20,517 nucleotides of DNA from Candidatus Micrarchaeia archaeon (GTDB lineage Archaea; Micrarchaeota; Micrarchaeia; Burarchaeales; JACRGF01): assembly GCA_038870455.1 (NCBI GenBank), contig JAWCPB010000022.1, positions 1 through 20,517 of the forward strand. Direction: 5' to 3'. The notes under the pieces are model-generated. The model did not search any database, was not told where the DNA came from, and worked only from the letters and a program-made list of their open reading frames with translations. Positions 8,219-15,410 of the stretch are shown here, piece after piece. Made by a program: the position numbers and the translations under genes. Each line of letters starts with the position of its first letter. The stretch's first letter is position 1.

Positions 8219-8551
8219 TCAGGCTCCGCCTTTCTTTTCCTTCGCTGTTTCAACGGCTTTACCCCTGCCCTTTTTCCCCTCTTTTTCGCCTACGGCCTCT
8301 GCGGGCAGGGCGCGCACCACTCCTTCCTTGTCCCGCCTGGCGAGCACGCGGATCCTGCGCGGCGGCTTCTTGAGCCCCCGCGCGAGCAGGAGCCTGTTCA
8401 GCCCACCTTCGATGAGCACGCGCGCCGCCTTGAGGTGCCTGGAGAGAAAGGTGCGCACGAGAGCGACCGCCCTGCGGCCGCGCCCTACTCCGGACTTGGC
8501 GAAAGCCTTTCGCAGCGGAATGGTGTAAATTCTCTCGAGCTCTTCAGCCAT
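8219..8551 (-). CDS. rpl31e: 50S ribosomal protein L31e
   Basis: ERIYTIPLRK...RAVALVRTFLSRH...LN...RGLKKPPRRIRV; synteny. Confidence 0.93.
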   Translation of the reverse strand: MAEELERIYTIPLRKAFAKSGVGRGRRAVALVRTFLSRHLKAARVLIEGGLNRLLLARGLKKPPRRIRVLARRDKEGVVRALPAEAVGEKEGKKGRGKAVETAKEKKGGA

Positions 8552-8555
8552 GCGC

Positions 8556-8744
8556 TCACTCCGCCAGTTCTTTCCGGGCGTGCGGGGTTCCGAGCTTGAG
8601 CTTGCTCGTCCGCCAGTTCCTCCTGAGCGGATTCTGCCTCACGCGCCTGGCCGTCTTCACAGCCACGAACACCGGCACGGGCCTGTTCTGCCTCAGGGCT
8701 TTCCCCAGCCTCCTCTTCAGTTTGCTCGTCTTCACTCTGCCCAT
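8556..8744 (-). CDS. rpl39e: 50S ribosomal protein L39e
   Basis: [22 protein letters not shown]...[13 protein letters not shown] 8744 is preceded by AGGTGA. Confidence 0.93.
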   Translation of the reverse strand: MGRVKTSKLKRRLGKALRQNRPVPVFVAVKTARRVRQNPLRRNWRTSKLKLGTPHARKELAE

Positions 8745-8757
8745 CTCATTCACCTTT

Positions 8758-9081
8758 TCAATCAGCCCCTCTCTTCCTCACCACTTTTATCTCACCCTCT
8801 TTCCTCGCGGTGAGGCGGACGAGCAGCGCGTGCAGCTGCTCGTCGCCAACTTTTCCCTTGAGCTGCCTCGACTGGGCGAGGTAAAGCAGCAGCTGCACGA
8901 CGCTCTCATAAAGCTCTGGGTTCGCCAGGCGCACGTTCGCCAGGCGGGCGTACGCCTCTGGCGTGCAGAGGTGCTGGAGCGCGAGCTTTTTCTGCGCCTC
9001 CTGCGCCTGGGCGGCCTGAAGCTCAGCGAGTTTTTCCCTCAGCCGCTTTTCCCGCAGGGCGGCGAGCTCTTCCTCCTCCAA
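8758..9081 (-). CDS. PDCD5-like dsDNA-binding protein
   Basis: [34 protein letters not shown] start with GAGGTG SD; standard position after rps19e. Confidence 0.92.
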   Translation of the reverse strand: MEEEELAALREKRLREKLAELQAAQAQEAQKKLALQHLCTPEAYARLANVRLANPELYESVVQLLLYLAQSRQLKGKVGDEQLHALLVRLTARKEGEIKVVRKRGAD

Positions 9082-9090
9082 GCAACCACC

Positions 9091-9525
9091 TCAGGCTCCC
9101 GCGGCTTCTTTGGCGGCGTTGTCGAGGAAAGCCCGGCCTTTTTTGGAAAGCGCCCTGCCTCCCTCTTTTCTTTTTTCAACAAAGCCCAGCGCCTCCAGCT
9201 GCTGGAGCGCCTTGCGTATAATGCTGCCTCCCGCACGCGCGTGCCTCTCCCTCTTCACGCCCCTCTTCTTGCGCCCGCCGTAAGCCACGCGCAGGCGCCG
9301 CACCCCCACGGGCTCGTTGAGGTAAAGCTTCCTGAGCAGGCTGGCGCACCTCACGAACCAGAACCCCTTCTGCTGCGGGGCCCTCTGGGCGTGCGCGCCG
9401 CTCTTTACAAAGCGAAGCCAGGCGGGCGGCTTGGATTCAGGAAGCTCCCTGAGCTTGGCCGCGACGTTGGGAATGAGCTTGTGCGCTGGGACGTCGAACA
9501 CGGTTACCAGAGGAACACCCTGCAC
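9091..9525 (-). CDS. rps19e: 30S ribosomal protein S19e (start GTG 9525 or CTG 9510)
   Basis: TVFDVP...PPAWLRFVKSG...WFVRCASLLRKLY..PVGV..LR..YGGRK...GGSIIRKALQQLE. Confidence 0.97.
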   Translation of the reverse strand: MQGVPLVTVFDVPAHKLIPNVAAKLRELPESKPPAWLRFVKSGAHAQRAPQQKGFWFVRCASLLRKLYLNEPVGVRRLRVAYGGRKKRGVKRERHARAGGSIIRKALQQLEALGFVEKRKEGGRALSKKGRAFLDNAAKEAAGA

Positions 9526-9542
9526 TGTTTTAGGGGAATAAG

Positions 9543-9556
9543 TTATTTAACTTCTC
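9543..9556 (-). promoter_or_regulatory. Internal BRE/TATA for the rps19e-ftsY operon
   Basis: Minus-strand GAGAAG-TTAAATAA overlapping the rnp4 stop; a local AT island. Confidence 0.55.
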
Positions 9557-9858
9557 CGACGCGCCCTCGGATACGGAAAGCGCTTCGTGTAGCCGCAGGC
9601 CAAGCAGGCGTACTCGGCCACGCGCTCTCTCGCAAGCAAGCGCACGCGCAGCGTGCTTCCGTGAATCCACGGCGCGCTGCACCTCCTGCAGAAGGCCAGC
9701 TTCACCCTTCTCGGAAAGCGGAGGAGAAACCGCGTGCCAAGCCGTCTGGCGAGCCGCACGTACCTCCTCGCCCTGTCCGCCTTTCCGCACGCCCAGGCAC
9801 GTCGGGCAAGCGAGAGAAGAATGCCAGCCCTCTCGTACGCAACCTGCTTGACGTTCAT
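9547..9858 (-). CDS. rnp4: Ribonuclease P protein component 4 (Rpp21)
   Basis: AYER..L...ARRYVRLARR...FCRRC...RVRL...CLACGYTKRFP zinc ribbon. Confidence 0.93.
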   Translation of the reverse strand: MNVKQVAYERAGILLSLARRAWACGKADRARRYVRLARRLGTRFLLRFPRRVKLAFCRRCSAPWIHGSTLRVRLLARERVAEYACLACGYTKRFPYPRARRRS

Positions 9859-9861
9859 GAC

Positions 9862-11007
9862 TCACCCATTGGCGAGTTTGGAGATCTCTTCGAGAACAGC
9901 GGCGAGCTTCTCCGCCTCGGCCATCGTGTTGTAAAGATAGAACGAGGCGCGCACCGTGCCACCCACCCCGAGCTGGCGGTGGAGCGGAAGGGCGCAGTGG
10001 TGGCCCGAGCGCACGCAAATCCGGCCGGCCTCGTCGAGCGCGGCCGCCACGTCATGCGGGGACAGGCCCTTAACGTTGAAAGCTAGGATGGTGGTAACGT
10101 CCTCGCGGCTGGCGTACGTCTCGATTTTCGGGTTGGCGGAAATCAGCTCAAAAGCCTTCCTGCAGACTTCCATGTCGTGGGCGAAAACGCTTTCCATGCC
10201 GATGCTCTCGAGGTACTCGCACGCCGCAGCAAGCCCGAGCGCGCCGGCGATGTTCGGCGTGCCCGCCTCCCACTTGTCCGGAATCCTCGCCGGAGTAAAT
10301 GTCGCCTCCTCGACGTGCGCGATGGTGCCGCCCCCCCAGAAGGCCGGCCGCAGCTCCTCGGCCAGCTCCCTCCTCATGAACAGCACGCCGATGCCCATGG
10401 GCCCGAGCATCTTGTGGCCGGAGAAGGCAAGGAAATCGCACCCGAGCCGCCTCACGTCAATCCTGAAGTGCGGCGCGCTCTGCGCAGCATCAACCAGCAG
10501 CAGCGCATCGCCTTTTTCCTTCACGATCCTCTCGACGGGCGCGATTTTCCCCAGCACGTTCGAGACGTGGCCGACCGCGATGAGCCTGCTCTTGGCGAAG
10601 GCGTAGTCTTTCTCGATGCGCACGCTCACCCCTCTCCTCTTCAGCTGCAGCCATGGAAGCAGGTTGGAGTGGTGCTCGAAAACAGTGGTGGAGACCACGT
10701 CGCCCCTCCTCCAAGCGATTGCCGACGCGGCGATGTTTATGGCCTCCGTAGCGTTCTTCGTGAAGATTATTTCCTCCGGCTTGGCACCTATGAACCTCGC
10801 AACGCGCGCCCTGGCCTCGTCGTACCTTTCGCTCGCGGTGGCGCTCAGCTGGTGCAGGCCCCTGTGAACGTTGGCTTTGAACTGCCTGTAGTAAGCCAGC
10901 TCGGCCGCGAGCACAGGCTCCGGGGTCAGGCTCGTGGCAGCGCTGTCCAAGTACGTTATTCCCGTGGCGAGAATGGGAAAGTCCGCGCGGATTTTTTCAA
11001 CGTCCAT
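9862..11007 (-). CDS. sufS: Cysteine desulfurase, SufS/group II (381 aa)
   Basis: Start at ATG 11007 (MDVEKIRADFPIL). YLDSAATS, EHHSNLLPW, DAAQS, FSGHKMLGP (PLP Lys), EAGTPN, RSGHHCA (catalytic Cys), RASFYLYNT. Confidence 0.95.
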   Translation of the reverse strand: MDVEKIRADFPILATGITYLDSAATSLTPEPVLAAELAYYRQFKANVHRGLHQLSATASERYDEARARVARFIGAKPEEIIFTKNATEAINIAASAIAWRRGDVVSTTVFEHHSNLLPWLQLKRRGVSVRIEKDYAFAKSRLIAVGHVSNVLGKIAPVERIVKEKGDALLLVDAAQSAPHFRIDVRRLGCDFLAFSGHKMLGPMGIGVLFMRRELAEELRPAFWGGGTIAHVEEATFTPARIPDKWEAGTPNIAGALGLAAACEYLESIGMESVFAHDMEVCRKAFELISANPKIETYASREDVTTILAFNVKGLSPHDVAAALDEAGRICVRSGHHCALPLHRQLGVGGTVRASFYLYNTMAEAEKLAAVLEEISKLANG

Positions 11008-11043
11008 GAAAGGATTTAGAAACCACTCAATAATAATATAGCT
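11008..11043. promoter_or_regulatory. 36-bp divergent promoter region between sufS and pus10
   Basis: Plus strand GAAAGGA-TTTAGAAA (11008-11022); minus strand TATATTATTA (11040-11031). Each lies about 30 nt from its ATG. Confidence 0.6.
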
Positions 11044-12153
11044 ATGGCTCTGTGCAGGCTGTGTGCCTCGCTGTGGAGAGAGCGGGGGAACGCGGCCGAG
11101 AAAAAATGCGGGCTGTGCGCCGGAAGAGTATGGTCGCCTGCCCTGAAGCTGGCAGAGGAGGCGATCAAACGGCTTCGGGAGCTCGAGTGGTCTTCCTTTC
11201 AGACCGCCTCGAGCCTGCCTGACGAAGTTCTCGCGCGCGAGGAGGCTATCTCGGAAGTCAAGGGCCTGCAGAAAACCCCTTTGAAGAGCCTGCTCAACCG
11301 GCTCGCTGCGGAAAAAATCATCGCGGCGTTCCCCGGCGCGCGGGCCGATGTGGAGGAGCCTGCTGTCAAGGTTCTGCTCGACCTCTTCCAAGGCCGCGCG
11401 CTCGTCGAGCCTCAGCCCCTGTTCATCGCCGGCAGGTACAACAAGCTCTCCCGCGGCATCGCCCAAAGCAGGTGGGACTGCTCCTGCAGGGGGCGGGGGT
11501 GCGCGCGCTGCGGCGGAACGGGAAAGATGTACGCCAGCGTTGAGGAGCTCGTCGGCGGCGTGCTGAAGAAGGTTTTCGCCGCCAAGGGCATGAAGTTCCA
11601 CGCGAGCGGACGCGAGGACGTTGATGCGCGCATGCTCGGCACAGGCAGGCCCTTTGCCGTGGAGCTCGTGCGTCCGAGCAGGAGAAAAGCAGAAGAGGGC
11701 GCGCTCGAGCTCCTCATAAACTCTTCAACCGAGGACGTGAAGGTCAGGGAGCTGCGCTTTGTCGGAAAAAAGTTCGTGGAGGCGCTTCACAACGCGAGGC
11801 TCGACAAAAAGTATAGGGCGCTCGTTGAGGTTGAGGACGCGCAGCACGCCGCAGCCTTGCTGTCCTCCCTGCGTTTTCCCCTCAGGCTCAGCCAGCTCAC
11901 TCCAACGCGCGTGCTGCACCGCAGGGCCGACAGGGAGAGGAAGAGAAAAGTTTATTCAATCAGCGCGAGAGAGGTTGGAGAGCGGCTGCTTGAGCTCGAG
12001 GTGGCCGCAGAGGCGGGAACGTACGTCAAGGAGTTCGTGACCGGAGACGGAGGCCGCACAACGCCGAGCATAAGCGGGCTCCTCGGGAGGGAGGCAAGAG
12101 TGCTCGAGCTTGACGTGACTGACGTGGAGCGGGTGATAGAGGACTGGTGGTGA
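11044..12153 (+). CDS. pus10: tRNA pseudouridine(54/55) synthase Pus10
   Basis: N-terminal CxxC pairs, GRYNKLSRGIAQSRW, FHASGREDVDARMLGTGRPF (catalytic Asp), QLTPTRVLHRRAD, AGTYVKEFVTGDGGRTTPS. Confidence 0.97.
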   Translation: MALCRLCASLWRERGNAAEKKCGLCAGRVWSPALKLAEEAIKRLRELEWSSFQTASSLPDEVLAREEAISEVKGLQKTPLKSLLNRLAAEKIIAAFPGARADVEEPAVKVLLDLFQGRALVEPQPLFIAGRYNKLSRGIAQSRWDCSCRGRGCARCGGTGKMYASVEELVGGVLKKVFAAKGMKFHASGREDVDARMLGTGRPFAVELVRPSRRKAEEGALELLINSSTEDVKVRELRFVGKKFVEALHNARLDKKYRALVEVEDAQHAAALLSSLRFPLRLSQLTPTRVLHRRADRERKRKVYSISAREVGERLLELEVAAEAGTYVKEFVTGDGGRTTPSISGLLGREARVLELDVTDVERVIEDWW

Positions 12154-12154
12154 G

Positions 12155-13024
12155 ATGGAGCTTGAGTTGTTCAGGGTTGCGGTCGCTGTGCTCGGCACTG
12201 CGGCGGCCGCGGCTTTTGACGTGTTCAACAACCGGAACGTGCCCAACCAGCTTCTCTATGCGTTCGTCGGCCTCGGGCTCGCCGCAAACCTGTGGGCGTT
12301 CGAGCCCGCCTTTTTCCTGAGCGCGCTGGCCCCCTCGCTCGTTATCCTTCTTTTCGGCTGGCTGCTGTGGAGGGAGGGGCAGATAGGCGGGGCCGACGTG
12401 CTCATCCTGGCCGGCCTGGCGCTTCTGCTGCCGCAGCCACCCACGCTTTTTCTCGAGAGGCCGGCGGCGCCATCCAGCATTCCCTTCATCGCCTCGATTT
12501 TCATGCTGTCCGGAGCGATTTTCCTAGTGGCCTTCACGCTCCGGAGCGTTCCGGCCGTTGCGCGCGCCGCGAGAAGGGGAGAGGCGAGGGTGAGCGGCGC
12601 GGGCGCCGCGTACGCGCTAGCCGCGCTGCTGCTCCTGTGGTTTTTCGCCACGACATTCGCAGAGCTCGGCCTTCCGCCAGCCTACCTCCTGCTCGTCGTG
12701 GTTGTGGTGGGGTGCTCCGCCTTCGTGCTCGCCTTCAAGGAAACAATCACCGACAGCCTCATCGAGCTCGTTCCGCTCAACAGCATAGACGAGGAGGACG
12801 TGTTGGCTGTCGATAAGATGGACGCCAGCATCGTGAAGAGATGGGGGCTCAGGAAGCTCTTGACAGCAGACCAGCTTGCCAGGCTGAAGAAAACCCGCTT
12901 GAAAAAATTCCCTGTTTTCAAAAGACTGCCGACTTTCCTCCCCTGGGTGCTGCTCGCGCTGCTCCTCTCGCTGAGATACGGGGACCTCCCGTCAATACTC
13001 ACCGCGCTGGCGTTCGGTCAGTGA
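12155..13024 (+). CDS. A24 family prepilin/prearchaellin peptidase (PibD/FlaK/EppA-like)
   Basis: AAAFDV...VPN first Asp, IGGAD second Asp, multiple TMs, C-terminal LPTFLPWVLLALLLSL helix. Confidence 0.85.
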   Translation: MELELFRVAVAVLGTAAAAAFDVFNNRNVPNQLLYAFVGLGLAANLWAFEPAFFLSALAPSLVILLFGWLLWREGQIGGADVLILAGLALLLPQPPTLFLERPAAPSSIPFIASIFMLSGAIFLVAFTLRSVPAVARAARRGEARVSGAGAAYALAALLLLWFFATTFAELGLPPAYLLLVVVVVGCSAFVLAFKETITDSLIELVPLNSIDEEDVLAVDKMDASIVKRWGLRKLLTADQLARLKKTRLKKFPVFKRLPTFLPWVLLALLLSLRYGDLPSILTALAFGQ

Positions 13025-13668
13025 AGCGCGAGCGCTCCCGCCAGCGCGCCGGCGAGCGCGCACAGGAGGTTCGTGGTCTGCTTGTTCCCGACCCCCCTCT
13101 CCTCGAGCACGCCGAACAGCGTGTCGAAAAACGAGCCGGCGAAGCCCACGCCCGCGACGAGCGCCACATCGAGGAAGCTGTACGCTCCGGGGTAGAGCAG
13201 CCAGGCAGCGAGGCCGATGAGCGCACCCCCATCCACGGACGCGAGCAGCCCAAGCAGCGATACGGCTCCGCTCGTGCCGGGCCTCACTCGCTTCAAGCTC
13301 CAGAGCGCGACTGGCTTTCCCCCGAGCACGCCGAGCTCGCTCGCGAACTTGTCCGCGGTCACTGCCGCCAGCGAGCCCAGGTAGGCTGCGCGCGCTGGAA
13401 ACGAGGGGAGTAGCACGCCGGCGATGACCACGAGGGCGGGCACGCCCCCGTTCGCCAGCACATTAGCCCACGAGCGCTCGTGCTCATAAACCGCCAGCTC
13501 CCTCTTCCTGTCGTAATCGAATTTCGTCACGAGCACTCCGGAGGCCAGCACGGTGAGGATGAGCAGAAGAAAGGGCAGCGCGTCCGGCCCGCCGAACACC
13601 ACGATGAGCCCGCCGATGACGGCCGCGCTGATCGTGCCCGGCAGGTCGAGGAGCAGTGCCCGCACCAC
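13018..13668 (-). CDS. DUF92/TMEM19 family membrane protein
   Basis: RSWANVLANGG, ADKFASELG, PGTSGAVSLLG, GSFFDTLFG. GTG start with AGGAG SD. Confidence 0.9.
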   Translation of the reverse strand: MVRALLLDLPGTISAAVIGGLIVVFGGPDALPFLLLILTVLASGVLVTKFDYDRKRELAVYEHERSWANVLANGGVPALVVIAGVLLPSFPARAAYLGSLAAVTADKFASELGVLGGKPVALWSLKRVRPGTSGAVSLLGLLASVDGGALIGLAAWLLYPGAYSFLDVALVAGVGFAGSFFDTLFGVLEERGVGNKQTTNLLCALAGALAGALALH

Positions 13669-13672
13669 AGCA

Positions 13673-14686
13673 TCATCTCCTGAAGCCTATTCCCTCCACG
13701 CTTATAGTCCTTTTGGCTTCATCGAAGAGAAAAGGTTTTTTCGTGAAGGCCTCGATGGCCACTGCGTTGGAGCGCATGTGCTCGGTGAAGGAAGGAACGC
13801 TGAAAGCGCTCTCGCCCTCAGCGAGCGCAGCGTAAATCATGAGCTGGTCGCCCAGATGATTGTCCGCGCACACTGGGGAGGCGAGGAGGGCGCGCATGGC
13901 CTCTGCCGCCTCCCGCCCAACATCCTCCGCTCTCTTCCCCGGCTTTCCGAGCGCGCTCGCGCCGAGAAAACCGTTTTCGCACGCGCACCACAGGGAAACG
14001 AAAGAGCCCGGGGAGGCGGCTGTTGCGATTTCAGTCTTCACCCTCGCATTCGGAAAAATCCTGAGCACGGCGTGCGCCTGCCTTGCCGCGATGTGCTCCG
14101 GCAGGTTGGCGCACGCGGAAACGCCTTCCACCCCACTGCATTCCCCCCGCTCAACCAAGCGCACTGCCTTCAGCCCGTCGCAGGACTCGACGGCCGCCTC
14201 AACCTCGCCCCCTCCCTTTGGATAGAAACCGTAAGAGCGTAGGCTGAGCGAAACGCGGGCTCCGAAAAGAGCCGCCGCTGGAGCGAAAACATGCTGGAGG
14301 AAATGAAAGTCAGGCGACCAAGCGACGTGCGTTCCTCCCCTGATGACGAGGCGGGAAGGGGTTTCTGCGAAAAGCAGGGCGGGAAGAATTGCCTGCAGCA
14401 CGAGCGAGATGCTCCCCGCCGTGCCCACATCGAAAAAGTACTCGCCTCCCGCAACCATGCCGGGCTTGAAGGAAAGATGCAGGGAGCCCTTTTCAGCGCC
14501 CTCGACTTCCGCCTTGCAGATTTTCGCCAGCGCGCTCACGCCCGTCAGGTGCTGCGGCTGAAGGCCAGGGTTGGGGCGGGGCTTGCGGATGTTCGTCACG
14601 CGCACGGGCTGCCTGAGCACCGCGGACAGCGAGACGGCCGTGCGCAGGATCTGGCCTCCCCCTTCAGCCCCGTCTATCTCGAGCAT
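13673..14686 (-). CDS. rtcA: RNA 3'-terminal phosphate cyclase
   Basis: EGGGQILRTAVSLS, IRKPRPNPGLQPQH, TAGSISLVLQ, GGTHV, GFYPKGGG, HLGDQL, TEHMRSN (adenylated His). Confidence 0.97.
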   Translation of the reverse strand: MLEIDGAEGGGQILRTAVSLSAVLRQPVRVTNIRKPRPNPGLQPQHLTGVSALAKICKAEVEGAEKGSLHLSFKPGMVAGGEYFFDVGTAGSISLVLQAILPALLFAETPSRLVIRGGTHVAWSPDFHFLQHVFAPAAALFGARVSLSLRSYGFYPKGGGEVEAAVESCDGLKAVRLVERGECSGVEGVSACANLPEHIAARQAHAVLRIFPNARVKTEIATAASPGSFVSLWCACENGFLGASALGKPGKRAEDVGREAAEAMRALLASPVCADNHLGDQLMIYAALAEGESAFSVPSFTEHMRSNAVAIEAFTKKPFLFDEAKRTISVEGIGFRR

Positions 14687-14703
14687 GAAAATGACTCTCT
14701 GGG

Positions 14704-14743
14704 AAAAAATAAATAGAAAGAGGCCACCGCGTTCCGCGGTGGC
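14704..14743 (-). terminator. Hairpin plus U-rich tract (terminator-like)
   Basis: Perfect 9-bp stem (8 G-C pairs) followed by a T-rich run ending in T6 (14709-14704). Confidence 0.5.
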
Positions 14744-14815
14744 AAGGCGACCAGTTTTGCTGCCCGAAGGCAGATGTTAGAAATCGAGCAGAAGCAAATC
14801 ATTTAGAATCAAAAG
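14704..14815 (-). ncRNA. Candidate small structured RNA or rtcA 5' leader
   Basis: Downstream of a strong BRE/TATA. CTGCC-TTCG-GGCAG (14773-14760), GCCACCGCG-GAA-CGCGGTGGC (14743-14723), then CTCTTTCTATTTATTTTTT. I recognise no known family. Confidence 0.45.
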
Positions 14816-14862
14816 TAATTTAAGCCTTTCCCCAAGCATATATAAGCTTTTCCGTCGGAAAA
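14811..14862. promoter_or_regulatory. Overlapping divergent BRE/TATA promoters and a 15-bp palindrome
   Basis: Minus: GGAAAAGC-TTATATAT (14853-14838) and GAAAGGC-TTAAAT (14830-14818). Plus: AAAAGTAA-TTTAAG (14811-14824) and TATATAAG (14839-14846). Palindrome TTTTCCG-T-CGGAAAA at 14848-14862. Confidence 0.65.
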
Positions 14863-14881
14863 TTGGGTTTGCAGGGCTGGT

Positions 14882-15403
14882 TTGTTGGCGGACGCGCACA
14901 TTCAGGCGCTTGAGAGGCAGAAGGCCGAGCTCATTGCAAAAGCCAAGGCGCTGGACGAGCGGCTGGCGTACAAGACCCTCGAGGCGCGGGCGCTGCGCGA
15001 GGCCATGAAGAGCGAGCGGACGCGGCCGCCCGGCGTGCTGAGGAAGAGGCTCGAGGAACTCGAGTGGCGCATCGCCACCGAGTCGCTGAGCCTGAAGAGC
15101 GAGCGCGCCTTCATGAAGGCGATCGGTGAAACAAAAAAGGAGCTCGCGGCCGCGCTTGAGTTCGACAGGAAGAGGAAGAAGCTCGCCTACGTGGAGGGCG
15201 ACGTCCGCCTCGCCGAGCTCGAGAGGCGCAAGGTCGAGGAGGACATCCAGAGGGTGAAGAAGGAAATCGACGCGGCGTGGGCGGCGAAGAGGGCCGGCGA
15301 GAAGCGCGCGCGGGAGGCGGCCATCGCCGCGTGGGCTCCGGAGGGCGGCGGCGAGGGCGTGAGCCTCGGCGAAATCGCAGTTATAAAAAAGAAGGGAGAA
15401 TAA
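14882..15403 (+). CDS. Archaeal coiled-coil protein (COG1340-like)
   Basis: All-helical heptad pattern. LEELEWRIATESLSLKSERAFMKAI resembles the conserved core of that family as I recall it. TTG start at 14882 or 14885. Confidence 0.65.
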   Translation: MLADAHIQALERQKAELIAKAKALDERLAYKTLEARALREAMKSERTRPPGVLRKRLEELEWRIATESLSLKSERAFMKAIGETKKELAAALEFDRKRKKLAYVEGDVRLAELERRKVEEDIQRVKKEIDAAWAAKRAGEKRAREAAIAAWAPEGGGEGVSLGEIAVIKKKGE

Positions 15404-15410
15404 CCCACTC

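Noticed and set aside
8219..8600. Basic C-terminal extensions on L31e and L39e
   Set aside because: Short low-complexity tails are common on archaeal ribosomal proteins, and nothing here suggests a distinct function.
2587..10086. Long plus-strand ORFs (2587-4086, 5465-6886, 6624-7955, 7411-8373, 8596-10086)
   Set aside because: They are antisense shadows of well-identified genes in high-GC DNA and carry no recognisable motifs.
11008..11601. 198-aa N-terminal extension of SufS
   Set aside because: It is antisense to pus10, and SufS homology starts at ATG 11007.
14687..14881. tRNA, SRP RNA, RNase P RNA or C/D-box sRNA in the intergenic gap
   Set aside because: I found no cloverleaf or T-loop, no SRP helix-8 motif, no P4 consensus, and no RUGAUGA/CUGA pair.
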